A stretch of DNA of 64,000 nt, from assembly GCF_009914755.1 (NCBI RefSeq), contig NC_060929.1; one strand, 5' to 3'. The notes under the pieces are model-generated. The model saw nothing but the letters and a program-made list of their open reading frames with translations, was not told the DNA's origin and ran no database searches. Origin of the DNA: the human T2T-CHM13v2.0 reference genome, Homo sapiens. Shown piece after piece: positions 27,212 to 44,984 of this stretch. The position numbers and the translations under genes were made by a program. Within the stretch, counting starts at the first letter, position 1, and each line of letters starts with the position of its first letter.

Positions 27212-28227
27212 ATGGGGAAAAAAACAGAGCAGAAAAACTGGAAACTCTAAAAATCAGAGTGCCTCTCCTCCTCCAAAGGAATGCAGCTCCTCACCAGCAA
27301 TGGAACAAAGCTGGATGGAGAAAGACTTTGATGAGTTGAGAGAAGAAGGCTTCAGATGATCAAACTATTCTGAGCTAAAGGAGGAAGTTTCAACCCATGG
27401 CAAAGAAGTTAAAAACCTTGAAAAAAAATTAGACGAATGGCTAACTAGAATAACCAATGCAGAGAAGTCCTCAAAGGACCTGATGGAGCTGAAAACCATG
27501 GCACGAGAACTACGTGATGAATGCACAAGCCTCAGTAGCCGATTCAATCAACTGGAAGAAAGGGTATCAGTGATGGAAGATCAAATGAATGAAATAAAGC
27601 AATAAGAGAAGTTTAGAGAAAAAAGAATAAAAAGAAACGAACAAAGCCTCCAAGAAATATGGGACTATGTGAAAAGACCAAATCTACGTCTGATTGGTGT
27701 ACCTGAAAGTGATGGGGAGAATGGAACCAAGTTGGAAAACACTTTTTGGGATATTTTCCAGGAGAACTTCCCCAATCTAGAAAGGCAGGCCAACATTCAG
27801 ATTCAGGAAATACAGAGAACACCACAAAGATACTCCTCGAGAAGAGCAACTCCAAGACACATAATTGTCAGATTCACCAAAGTTGAAATGAAGGAAAAAA
27901 TGTTAAGGGCAGCCAGAGAGAAAGGTTGGGTTACCCACAAAGGGAAGCCCATCAGACTAACAGCTGATCTCTCGGCAGAAACTCTACAAGCCAGAAGACA
28001 GTTGGGGACAATATTCAACATTCTTAAAGAAAAGAATTTTCAACCCAGAATTTCATATCCAGCCAAACTAAGCTTCATAAGTGAAGGAGAAAAAAAATCC
28101 TTTACAGACGAGCAAATGCTGAGATTTTGTCACCACCAGGACTGCCCTAAAAGAGCTCCTGAAGGAAGCACTAAACATGGAAAGGAACAACCAGTAGCAG
28201 CCAATGCAAAAACATGCCAAATTGTAA
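27212..28227 (+). pseudogene. L1 ORF1 (disrupted)
   Basis: ATGGGGAAA start followed by an A7 frameshift and an internal stop near 27603. ORF 27669..28283 reads KRPNLRLIGVPE...FQPRISYPAKLSF, then frameshifts. Confidence 0.93.
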
Positions 28228-28290
28228 AGACCATCGAGGCTAGGAAGAAACTGCATCAACTAATGAGCAAAATAACCAGCTAACATCATA

Positions 28291-32339
<4,049 letters not shown>

Positions 32340-34118
32340 AATGTGGCACATATACACCATGGAATACTATGCAGCCATAAAAAATGATGAGTTCATGTCC
32401 TTTGTAGGGACATGGATGAAGCTGGAAACCATCATTCTCAGTAAATTATCACAAGGACAAAAAACCAAACACCGCATGTTCTCACTCGTAGATAGGAATT
32501 GAATAATTAGAACACATGGACACAGGAAGGGGAACATCACACACCGGGGCCTGTTGTGGGGTGGGGGCAGGGGGGCTGATAGCATTAGGAGATATGCCTA
32601 ATGTTAAATGACGAGTTAATGGGTGCAGCACACCAACACGGCACATGTATACATATGTAACAAACCTACACGTTGTGCTCATGTACCCTAAAACTTAAAG
32701 TATAATAAAAAACAATCACCTAGAATGTATTTCACATTTTTAATTCTTTCTCAGGGATATTATAAAAATGCAGTTGTTCCATTTTTGAAAAATAATATTT
32801 CCTGCTGTTGTTAAAAGGGAGTAATGTTGGCAGTAATCACATCAGTGTTATTTTTCATCAAATGTGAGTACTCTCAGACTAGTTATTAGCAAAGTCAAGC
32901 TGATATTCCAGGAACCAATGAAGTAGATACTTCTGGAAATGCAGACTAAAGATAGCTGGAGGAGTTGGTCTTCCGCCTTTCTGGAATACCCACTCCTCTA
33001 GCCCTACCATACTGTCCTCCCTATCTGTGTGGCTTGCAATATTGCTCAAAGCTTAACTTTTATTACAGATACCTCCTCTGCCATGATGCCTTTTCTGATC
33101 TTCCCCAGCGGCCTGTTACTTCTCTGTCTCTAGATTCATAGCTCTAGAGAGTTATGTATTTGTCTTATGGCATTTACATTCTGCCTTGGTTATGGTATTT
33201 GTGTTCTTGTCAAGACTCCCTCTTGCAAGCTACGTCCCATCCTAAAATCCTTATTTGTCCTGTTGTACTTAGCCAACATGAAGTTGGCATCTAATATTTG
33301 TGATATTGAATCAAATAGGGGGAAAAATCCCAAACCTAATTGGTTTATTTAAATACTCTCATATAGAGGACAATTTGTAGAAACAAAATGGGCATCTGAG
33401 GACAGTCCCCTGAGTGTTTTGTGTTGTGTTGGTGTTAGCATTAATGGTCTCTCCAGGACACCACTTTATACCCAAGGAAGAATTTAAAATATGTCATTCC
33501 ATCATTGGGTTTTTATGAGGCAATGCTAATTTAACTAGCAAAATACTTTCCACTATTTTGATTGCATGAACTGCTTTTTTAGTGTATTATTTTGGGGTGT
33601 GTAAATTTTTGGCAACTGTCTGGATTAAGCAAACAAAAACTAAGAATGCTATGAAATAAGACCACTTATAAGGCTCATTACATTTTGACTTTGAGCAACT
33701 ATCTAATTACCTTAAGTTCAAAGCTAATTACGGAATTCCATGTAATAATGCTTTACATTTGTCTAGTGCTCAGATGTTTACAAAGTGCGTTCATCTGCAG
33801 AATTCATTCAACCAATCAACTAGTCAATTAGCAAATTAATCTTTTAACCGAAATTCCTTTAAAACCATTACATAATGAATATCAACAAGCTTGATTTGGG
33901 GATTCCTAAAATAAATAAGGGAAAGGTCTTGTTCTCCAAAGGCTTTCAGTTGAGTGAGGGGAGACAGAAATATAAACAAGTAAGTGGACTAAAATGTTGT
34001 GATTGAAGTCTGTATACACCACAGTGGGGTCACAAGGCAGGCAGTGGGGGCTGTTCTTATTAGAAACATATAGAGTGAAGTCCTATTTGATTCTTACTAA
34101 TGTTACTGTTGTCCGCAG

Positions 34119-34288
34119 TTGGCAGTTGAGGGATCCAACTCAGAGAAGTAAAGCATTTTTTTTCTGAGGTGACCCTACTCTTAAGATTGCTGAAGTGAAT
34201 TGTCCCACCCTACAGCATCTCTTCTCTACCCACACAGTTGCTACGATGTAAATCCTCATGTTCCAGCTGATATGAGAAAGAGAAGAAG
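34119..34288 (+). pseudogene. Candidate relic exon F of a putative unitary pseudogene
   Basis: Branch point TACTAAT (34095-34101), acceptor gtccgcag and donor G|gtaata. Phase 2 entry reads WQLRDPTQRSKAFFF*GDPTLKIAEVNCP..., with three stops in total. Confidence 0.35.
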
Positions 34289-37059
34289 GTAATACCAGTG
34301 AGCCTGAAATGGGGGATTATGTTTATTCAGAAAGAGCCTGTTTCCCAGAGTAACAAGAAAAACGACTTGATTGAAAATGTTACTCATCCAGAAAAGAAGC
34401 GAGAAAGGCAGACCCAAAGGCAGGGTTTTGAGCTGGAAACAGTGGCTTTGCTAAGATTTACAGGCCTGTGGGATTTCACAGTTGCATAAAGTATTAAGGA
34501 AAGTTATTTGAAAAATATTCAAATTACTTTGACATCATTTACCCCTAGGTAATATAGAAACTCATATTTTGGAGATTGGGCTTCTATTAACACAAACTTT
34601 TGAAAGGAATGGGGTTTATAAGGATGACCTATTTCTCCTGCTATCACCATCCCCAGACTCCAATTTAATTTTGTTTTTATTCTGGCCACTAAAAGCCACT
34701 AGTTTTTTCATGGGAAAGATGCTTCTCTTTAGTCATACATTTACCGTATGGTGCCAGATTTCACTAAGTTGGTGGCGTATTGATTTGCAAAGTTCCTTAA
34801 GAAGACATCCATGTGCATTTAAGATAACAATGGCAAAAGCAGCTTTGTATTGGTACATATTTTCTTTGTTCTCCAAAAGAACTCCTAGCATTGGATGTTA
34901 GAATGCAGCATTGCTTAAAGATGCCTAATATGAGCTAAAATTGCCCAGAAACTGTGATGGGAGGGGATTGGTCTTTATTTTCTTTCCCTCTGAATTTCAT
35001 GTAATTACATGAGAATTGTGAGCTGGAGTGCTAAATTTTATAAATTACTAAATTTTAATACCAACAGTTAGGGAAGCAGGTATCTTAACTCACCTGAAAA
35101 CAAGTTTCTATTTCTCCAATGGACTAAGCAGCTCCTTATTTTTCATGATCCCTTATAGGTTAATAAAGCTTTCAGATGATCTCCTCTGACTCTCAAGAAC
35201 TCCTAGGGGAAGCATAGGACATATTATCTGCAAAAAATGTGTTTACACTAATGAAGAAACTGAAGCCCAGACTGAGGCTCTAGATAACAATGAGTTTTTT
35301 GTTATCCTCTGAACGAGTGCTGCTTAATTCTCCATATTATATTGCTTCTTTATAGAGAAATGCTCTCATGGTCATAGATGGTCCCTAACCCTGACCTATT
35401 CTTTTTCAAACACATGTGATTAGTTTCAAGGGAACCTGAATGACAAAATGGATAATTCAGTACCAGCCCATCATACTTACAAGAAAAGTAACAGAAATCA
35501 TATAACCCGGTGGTACAATAGTTTGAATTACTTTAATATATAAAGAGCAGCAGCTAATTAAATTCAAAGCATCAAAAATTGTATATCTTTGACAGAGAAC
35601 ACCTGCATCAGAAGAGTTAGTTTGTATGAGCACAGCTCAGTAGGGATCCTCATTATAACACTGTATGCAGTTTAAATTGTAGGAAAAGGAAAGGAGGTGA
35701 TATTACGAATATAAGCTCATTTTCTCAGGCTGCATGAACTTGGAGTTTTAAAAGGGGTCATATAAATGGTAATAACCCATATTTTTTGGCTTTTGATCCT
35801 TCTGGCTATTACAAACCTCTATGTCCTTTCTACCCACCCCCAGTGGAGTCCCCAGGGGTGGTGTGTCTGTGCTGGCTAGTTCTATCAACCACCCGTGAAT
35901 TTCTGATGTTATTTCCCCCCCGCCCTGCTTCTGGCCTCATGTTGATAGGCGCGCTGCCTTCGGAGGGGTGATAGCCTTTGCTCTCAGTCAGTACCCTCTC
36001 CTGGTACCATTTTTGCCTATGCCTCTGATTTCTTTCTTGGAGTTCTTGATGTAAGCTGGGTGGAAGTGGGATAATGCCTTCTTCTCCCTTTGGGGATACA
36101 CGCGGATCTCAAAGCAAGGTTTTTAGTATATATATATATATTTATTTTTAGATGTACAGCCTTCTCTCTTTTTAGTACTGAGATCTGAGGCCATGAGGGC
36201 AGGTATGGTATGGACAAAGCTGGAAAAAAGCTTAAATGCTGTGTTAAGACCATCACCTGGTCCTCCGTTTGGCTCCTCATGAAAACAGACTTTAGCTTTA
36301 CTTGTTCCATTAGTTTGCCAGAGCGGCTCAGAATCCCAGCACTAAATAGAACCTAGACTCAAGCTTGGGCGTCCAAAAATGTCAGTATTTTGTGCTCAAC
36401 CCAGGGCTGACTTTTTTCCCCTTCTATTTTCTGTTCTCTTTCTTGTATTCTTGACTTCTGATTCTTTGGTTAATTGAATTTCTTTTATCCTTGGTTTGTG
36501 AAAGCTGCTTTGAAAGCCAAAACTCCTTAGGTCAGGTCTATCTCACTGACAAAAGGGAAGGAATGAAGGAAAACCCACTGAAGCAGTTATGTATTTCCAA
36601 TTAGAAGAGGGACATTCTATTTCCTTCTAGTGGTGAGTGACATCAAATCAGCTAAAAAAGGATATCATTACCTAGGGATAAGAAATAAGAACTCTGAAAC
36701 TCAGTGATGTTGTACATATACAACAAAACAAATCTAAACTTGGATTAAAAAGCAGTGTTTAAAATTAACCCAGGGAGGCAGAGCTTGCTGAATTTGCATT
36801 TGTGGGTGGCAAGTATCTAGAGGCCCTGTTCTTGTTTTACTGTCTGGAGAGAGGTGAATGTCCCCTTTCTGAATTGGAACTGCTAAGAAAATTGCTGAGG
36901 AGCCACCCTCTCCCTTTATATTCCTGGCATCTCTTCAAGCTACCTCAAGCTCACGAAAATCGCAGAGGATCAGATGCCATCTGACAGTTTGCAAATTATT
37001 TGTTGGAAGGTGTTTCTCAACCAAGTAATACTTTTACTTTTATTTTTATTTTGTTTTCA

Positions 37060-37163
37060 GGTCAGACAGGTAATGTGTCAATGTCATAACAAAGTTCAAG
37101 GGTGGCACATCTCTCACACGTGCTTGAACACCCAGTCATCATGCTCATGAGCTACAAGAGGAT
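37060..37163 (-). pseudogene. U13 (SNORD13) snoRNA processed retrocopy
   Basis: Reverse complement ATCCTCTTGTAGCTCATGAGCATGATGA...CATTACCTGTCTGACC matches U13. Decayed poly(A) at 37037-37057. 21-bp TSD (37016-37036 / 37166-37186, 2 mismatches). Confidence 0.92.
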
Positions 37164-37439
37164 CACTCAACCAAATAACACTTTTAGAAGGCAGAACAAT
37201 GCAGTAATCTGGGTGCAGGAGGCCTGGAATTTCTCTTTTTTATTAACTGTGCCACCTCTTCAGGGTTAACTCCCTTCTCTACCTCCCTTGGTCTTTTCTT
37301 TTGTAAACAGGCTTCATCTACATGATCCCACCTTCTCCAAAATGCAGAGTCTACAATTGTGGAATAGGCCTTCCTACCCAGTGAGTTTCTTCAGACCCCA
37401 GTGGAAAGTTTCTAGTTGTGAGGGGAGATGTTTTCTCTT

Positions 37440-37880
37440 ACATTTATAGAGCACCTCCTAGGTATCAGGTATTGTGCAAGGCACACTTTACGTGTGTCAC
37501 TTAGTAGTGATGGCGATGATGATGATGATGATGATGATGACAAACACACTGCACATATTCTGTGCTAGACACTGTTCTAATCAGTTTACATATATTACCT
37601 GTCTAAATCCTCATCACAAACTCTATGGAGTTGGTACTATTATGATCTTCATTTTGCAAATGAAGAAATAAACAGATAAACAAAAGAGAGCCCAAGGTCC
37701 TAGAGCTGGCCTCAGTATTCACAAACAACATAACAGTTGTCCTATGTTTGTAGATGAGGAAATTGGGGTTCTAACTAACTATGGAAAACTGCCTGTGGTC
37801 ACAGAGCAAGTAAGTAGCGCACCTGGAAATCAAACTCATATCAAAATCATTTCAGATCCCAAGCTCTTTCCACTTTGCTG
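37440..37880 (-). mobile_element. MIR fragments with an embedded (GAT)n at ~37514-37540
   Basis: aatcctcatcacaa...cattttgcaaatgaagaaa and gtagatgaggaaattggggtt are MIR core motifs. Confidence 0.7.
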
Positions 37881-39639
37881 CTTTGTCTTCCCAGAGGCAT
37901 TTTTGCTTTGTTTTAAACCACACAGCATGGCACTTTTAATGAAATAAAAGTTTGCCAAATGAAAAGCAGATTAATGAGATATTTGGGATGCTTTGCAGTA
38001 AATAAGTCTCTTTCAGAATTCTCATCTTCTCCCATTCAACCTGCTAAAGCCATAACAATAACAATTACCTCAGCCTAGTTAAGGCAGTGTGGGAGTGAAC
38101 CTCTTAATTTTATTGCTCAGGGTAGACACTGGAGACCAACAACATTTTCCTTTAGCTTGCTGAGGTACAGGTCAGAAATGGGACATATCAGGTGTTGGCT
38201 TTCCCCATCAACCACTTCTTGTTCCTCTTGCTTTAGCCATGTCTTGGAACACCATTAATTTAGGAGAGAAGTTGAGCTTAAAGTTGGCTCAACATTAAAA
38301 ATATAATAAATGTCAATGCCAACCTGTTTGTCAAATAGATTGGACCTAGAGCTTCAACACGACTGTCTGGGACTTGAGGAGGGCATTTTTTTTTTTTTTA
38401 AATAATAGTTGATCTTAGATAATCCCTGAAAATCTTCAAACATCCCTTGTGAAAATGAGAGACCAGAGCAGAAATGTGATTATTTCTAGATGATACACAA
38501 CTGAACTTGAAGCCAGATGCTCACATTTATATTCAAGAAGAATGTGGGTGTCTACTTATGCTAGGTGTCGGGAATATGAGGGATATGAAGAAAAGCAAGT
38601 CTCAGTCCCTTCTTTATGAGCGAGTAATCTTTTTAAGGGAAATGAGATGTAAGCTGTAATAATCTGTGCTGTGAGGGAAGCATGCCATTTACTGCCTATT
38701 TACAAGTATTGTGTCAAGCGCTTTATACAGGAACATGGCAAGGTAAAGGGTATTATCCGCATTTCCAGGGAGGAGGGAAACTTGTGCTGGGCTGATGGCT
38801 TGTTTATTAGTGCAGCTGAAATTCAAACCCAGGTGGTTCTAATGCCAGACTTGTGCTCTTTCTCCTACATTTTGCTATCAACCAAACAGAATATTATCTG
38901 GCAATTAATGGTTTAACTTATTAGGCATGCCTTCACAGGAGTTAAAGGTTTATGTAGGTAGCTCACCAAGTTGCATGACATTTTGAGACAATTATTTTTG
39001 ACCTGAGGAGATTTGGAAGACTCTTGAGCAAATCAAATCTAGAAATCAAAGCAAATATGTAATAAACATTTAACAAATATTAGGTATTATTATTGTTGTC
39101 AATGTTGCATTAAGATTAGGCTGGCATAAAACATTAGAATCTGTTCAGTGCATGGAACAATTACATTAAACACAAGAGTATACTCTATCACCTACTCAAG
39201 AATAGGATAAAGAAATAACCATGAAACCAGGTGGTAAGAGTTTCTACAGCACTGATTGCAAATATTTATCTTTGTGGCCCCAGTAATTTTGAGAGCTGTA
39301 CATAGTGGGTCCTCAATAAATGCTGAATAAATGAATGTTTTATTTTGCTGATTTTTAAAAGATTTTTCTACTTATAAAAAATAAAAGGAAAGTACACAAC
39401 AAAACCTTTCACCCATTTATTGTGCCTTTATGTTTCTGGGCTAAGGCTTATGGATGGTCTTCAGGTTGGGGATAGAAGAGTCCTAGTTATCATTTGGCTA
39501 GATTACTTGGGAATAAATAATGGTTTTGAATTTTGACTTGGCTACTTCAAAATGCCTAGATCAGGTAAGCAAGAGTTAATGTGATGTGTATACCAAAGAA
39601 CTAGTCTTAGATGAAGTATTTACGATGGAGAAAGTAAGA

Positions 39640-40130
39640 ATACAACTCTTACTTTGTTTTGGTCAGGGCTTAGTTGGAATGTCGTGGGCAGTTGTGGGAA
39701 ATGTACATTAAGACAAATATAAAGCAACTAGGACACATTTAGGGGAAACTTGGATGGCAACAGGCTAATAAAATCTGAATGCTTGGAGGATAGGACTGTG
39801 TAGCTTATGAAAAGACTTAAAGGGCTGAGATAATAGTCTTGAGATATTAGGAGGGCTGACTTATGGAAGAGGAATGTAGACTTGTTCTCTGTGGCCCCAA
39901 AGGAAGCAACTAGAAACAACAGACTCTGGGAAGTAGATTTGGCCTTACAAAGAAAAGTTTTCTATCATACTTGCCCAGAGATATAGTTTTCTTTAGAAAG
40001 TGGTGAATTACCAGCCCCTGAAAGTGTGTGAATATTTGCCAGGTAACTACTTGGTGGAGCCATTGTAGAGGAAATTCAAGGGTAGCATGGGGACTGGATT
40101 TCACAAACACCAGAGTCCTTCCCAATCCTG
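39640..40130 (+). mobile_element. L3/CR1 LINE 3' fragment
   Basis: gtagacttgttctctgtggcccca...agtagatttggc...aagaaaagttttcta is characteristic of L3 3' sequence. Confidence 0.55.
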
Positions 40131-42320
40131 AGCATCTCAGCAACTGCTGGATTATCTTTCCAGGCTTTGCCTCCACCTCAATGAGGTGGGACTGGTCACC
40201 AGGGTTGTGATATACTTTTGGGGGAAGAATGATGGATGGCAGGAGATGGAAAGAATCCACAGTGATAGAGCAGTTGCTTTGTCCATTCTAATTCTGGTCT
40301 GCCATTTTTTATTTTGACTTTTCTATACACTGCACACACCTGCTTTAGACTGTGGGAACTAGGAGGCCCAGAGACTACAACAATGTAATTTGTGATCTTC
40401 AACTTAGAACTTCAATATGTCATGCAATTGGGTTCTTAGAAATGTTATTTGACAATGATGTTATCAGGTATTAAATATTGTCAGGCTTCAATGGTATGAC
40501 AGTCTAACTTGGCTACTCTAATTTTAGGTTTATAAAACTTGTGGCTGCTTCCTTTCTCTGGAGGAAGACAGAACTTGAGTCATTTCCAAAATTGGAATGA
40601 GATAGAAATTTTGGGACACCTGAAAGACAGAGAACCAATAAAAAGGTTCCACACATCCAAGCAGTCTTAAAAATTACCCACATGGTAGATGCACTGCTCC
40701 CAGCTCTGTGTCAGGTTGGAATCTTCAACTGTTCAGATACTCTTAAGCTTCTCTGACCCCTTTCTACCCACTAAAGAACTGAATGTGAATGACAGAAGGT
40801 TTTTGCTCATAGGTTACAGCTAAACTCCTTTAGTGACAAACAGTAAGTATTCCAGCAAAAGGAGTAGGAGGTTGACCACTTTATTGTTTTTCTCAGGGCA
40901 GATATTGTGAGCTCATGCAGCATGTAATCTTCAGTGACCTCAGTTATTGCATCTAGGAACAAGTTTCTCTCTAATCATTTATAGAACTATAAACAGCAGG
41001 AAGGCATGATTTATAGACCAAGAGGCATTGTAAGCATGGGATTTGCCAGCAATTCATATTCCCCCTATCACTGTGGATACACTGCCCATCTCTTGGAAGG
41101 GACACTGAAACCTTGGCCAGAGCCTGTTAATCCCATTTACTTTCATGGATTGATGTCAAGGGTTCAGGTCCATGGAGATTTTCAAACTCTACAAAACAGG
41201 TTCAGTGGAAGATGTGGCTCACTTCAGAGTAATCCTTTTGGGCCAGGAGTTTTCCTAGGCACCAGCAATCATCTGAGCCTGCTTTGTAAGGGTTGCTTCT
41301 CTTGCTTCTCATTTATACACAGCAACAAAGTGTCTGATGGGAAGGTTTCCTTTACAATTGTGCGTTTTATCCAAATCTCTGGGCTCTTCTATAATTAAAT
41401 TTTGATTGCTGTGTAGTTATTTGAACTTCTGTGAATCTCTGTTCTACTGAACAGTAATAATGTCTGTTAACATTATTAATTTGGCTATGGGTATATATAT
41501 AAAATATGTTCCTTATGTTCTTAATACATTGCTTCATACAGGCACACCATCTCAGGAAGATCTAGTCTGTTGCAAATTTACGCAGAAGTTGAATATTTTT
41601 GTTGTTTTCTCACCACCACCGTCATCTACCTGCTAACCAGATACTATTCCCTCTCTTCCCTGTTTCCATACCTTTTATTCCATTAAGAAATGGCTTAATT
41701 CCTGACTTGTTTTCCTCTAATAATTGCTAAAACATTGGTTGATAATGGTTTAAATTAAGGTATCACTTCTCACAAAAGTACTTGTATTTTAATAAGAAAC
41801 TTTGAAAGTTAAATATTCAAAGTGCTGACTCTCCATGGTTAAATTTTAGGCAGTGGAAAAAATAGTTTTTGGTAAAGATAAAGGGAGTTGGGTTTATTAC
41901 GCAAGACAAGCAGCATTCTCACTTTGCTTCAGATACGTGGGTATGGTGACAGGCCTGACAAATCCCTCCTTTTACAGATAAATGCAGAGATTACACTTCT
42001 GTGCTTGTGTGAAGAAAAGTAAAAGAGAAACCAGTTGGGACATTGTTTGGGCCAGGGAGAAACAAGATCCAGTACTTTAGCAATTTATTTAGGCTTTCGT
42101 TTTTATTTTGAGGGGCAGGTGGCGAGTAGGGGAGCTTAAACTAAGTTCAAGGAGCTGTGGAGAATCCAGAGATGAGAAATTATAGCCTCTACTTTCCAAG
42201 GATTTATATCCTGCGTTGTGGGGAAATCAGATACGTTCATTAATAGACTGACCTGAAGGCAGAATATGAAAAGGGCTATCATAGAAGAACAACTAACATG
42301 CTATAGATATGTGTAGTCCA

Positions 42321-42781
<461 letters not shown>

Positions 42782-43853
42782 TCAAGAGGGAAGCTTGGCT
42801 TACTTGAATAGAAGCTAAAGGGGAGTGTTGTGCTGTAGGCTAGAAAATTCAGTAAGGATTCCACCCCTGCAGGGCTTTGAATGTTTGGTTGAATATTTTA
42901 GACTTTATTCTCCTCATATTAGGAAGGCATTTAAGATTTGAGCAGGAAAGTAATATTCTTTAAAAAAGTGTCTCCAGCCAGGATGGATTAAAGTGATGGA
43001 ATGATATGCTCATTTGTCCACCATTTGGGGAACGGTGGAAGACTACCTCTAATTCATAAGATGTGCATTGTATCTACAGAAGCAAAATAAGCAGCATATC
43101 TTAATGCATAATCTTCGTCCCATATATGTGTTCCTTTTTTATCTTGGAGCAAATATTTGGCAGCCAAGTCTTTAAAGTAATAAGAGCAAAACATATTTGG
43201 AATAATTGTTTCAGAACCATTTGTTATTTTGCACAGAACTATGAGCAAATAGGATTGAGCTAAGGCATTTACCATATTGTGTGGTTCTGCAGAGGCTGCC
43301 ATGCTATTATATATACTTTTATCTTGGGTAAAACTCTGTGGCTGCTGCTGCCACAATTACTCAAAGACCCAATGTGTCAAAAAAATAATCGAAATAGCAA
43401 AGTGAGAGTCAAGAGTTTTTCCGTTGTTTCTTGAAGTCTTAGAAAGATTGTTTCCTTTGTATTCCCTATATTCAGAATATAAAAGCCTCTCAGAAATCCA
43501 ATCTTTACTAGGTCAAACATTTCAAAATGGAGTAAAATTATTTTGCAGTTGCTTCTCAGTTTAAGGCATGTGCTTTAGGAACTTCCAATCTTCCTCCTAT
43601 TTATGAATAAGAAAAACAAAACAAAAAACTAAGTAAATGCCATATAATCCCAGCTACATTGTCCTCATGTAAACATCCTAACACAGCATGATGGAAAAAG
43701 TTCCAAATTGTGATCTCAGAGATCTGAGTTCCAGCCCTAGTTTTGTGAAAATGTAGCTTGATGGGTTTGTCAAGTTTTGTATTTAATGATAAGGAATTAG
43801 GATTTTTTTTATCTGGTGTCTGTGCTATTCAGCAGTACTGTTCACAAGCATTT

Positions 43854-44147
43854 AAAAAAATAGAGACAGGGTCTTGCTCTGTTGCCCAGGCTTCCGTGCA
43901 GTGGTGCAATCATAGTTTAGCTCACTGCAGCCTTGAACTCCTGGGCTCAAGTGATCCTCCTGCTTCCTTTCAAGTAATGGATTCTACAGGTGTGCACCAC
44001 CACATCTGGCTAATTTTTTATTTTATTTTTTGTAGAGACAGGGGCTTGCTATGTTGCCCAGGCTGATCTTGAACTCCTGGTTTCAAGTGACTTTCCCACC
44101 TCTGCCTCCAAAGTGCTGGGATTTTAGGCATGAGCTTCTGTGCCTGG
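43854..44147 (-). mobile_element. AluJ
   Basis: Antisense AluJ motifs (cttgaactcctgggctcaagtgatcc). TSD TCACAAGCATTT / TCACAAGTATTT. Confidence 0.92.
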
Positions 44148-44169
44148 TCACAAGTATTTTTGACTCAGG

Positions 44170-44500
44170 ACTCTAGAATATGGGGTGGCACATGATAAGA
44201 TTGTATTTCCTGGTCAATGATTTTGAGTGGAAGTGATCTGTATGACTTCTAGGTCAGAACATTTAATGCCCAAGTGAGACTTTCCAGAATTCTCTTTCCT
44301 TCTGTAATGCCTGGAAATTTTCCAGAAAGTGGTGGTTTTATAAGCCTGGGTGCAAGAGTGAGGACAATGAGGAGCAAGCTCCCAGCTGACCCACAGAGAG
44401 CATGCACTAGGAGCAGGAAACCTTGGTTGTTTTAAGCCACTGAGATTTTTATGGGTTATTTGTTAACAATAGAATAAGCAAGCTTATTCTTGATTGACAT
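44170..44500 (+). mobile_element. MaLR LTR fragment (MLT1-like)
   Basis: gttgttttaagccactgagattt...ggttatttgttaac is an MLT1 3' motif. Confidence 0.65.
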
Positions 44501-44984
44501 AGTCTCTAAAGAGTGTAATGGTGATGAATGAGGGAAAGTTTCATACTTAAGAAGATCTTTTTTCTTAAATTAAAATTTTACAGACCTTTCTATAGATAGA
44601 TGTTAAAACTACTTTTAGGGGAAGCAAGCTTCCTATCAGTGGGAATATTGAAATGTGGACTGGGCAACCTCTTGATGGAGGTTGCTATAGAAATTGAAGA
44701 ATAAATGGTGGTTAGAGAATTTCAAAGTTCATTCTAGTTTAAAGGTATTTAGATTTGCAATTCCTGAGGGTAACTCTCGCACCTTACATTTTTGCAGCAG
44801 GTATAGTTTATAAAATGCTTTCTCCAGTGTTAACTTATTTGCTCTCCTGTGAATAGCAAGAAATTTTATCTACTGTGCCTTCCATGGAGACTTGCACAGG
44901 TGTTAAGAAAAATGTATTTTGTAGGAGAAGCAAGATAATTCTTTACCTGAATCCCATAGTGACCAACCTCAATCTTTTAAAAAA

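Noticed and set aside
35630-35705. RDPHYNT resembling the VWD-domain GDPH motif
   Set aside because: Short match in a frame with nearby stops and no further VWD residues; compatible with chance.
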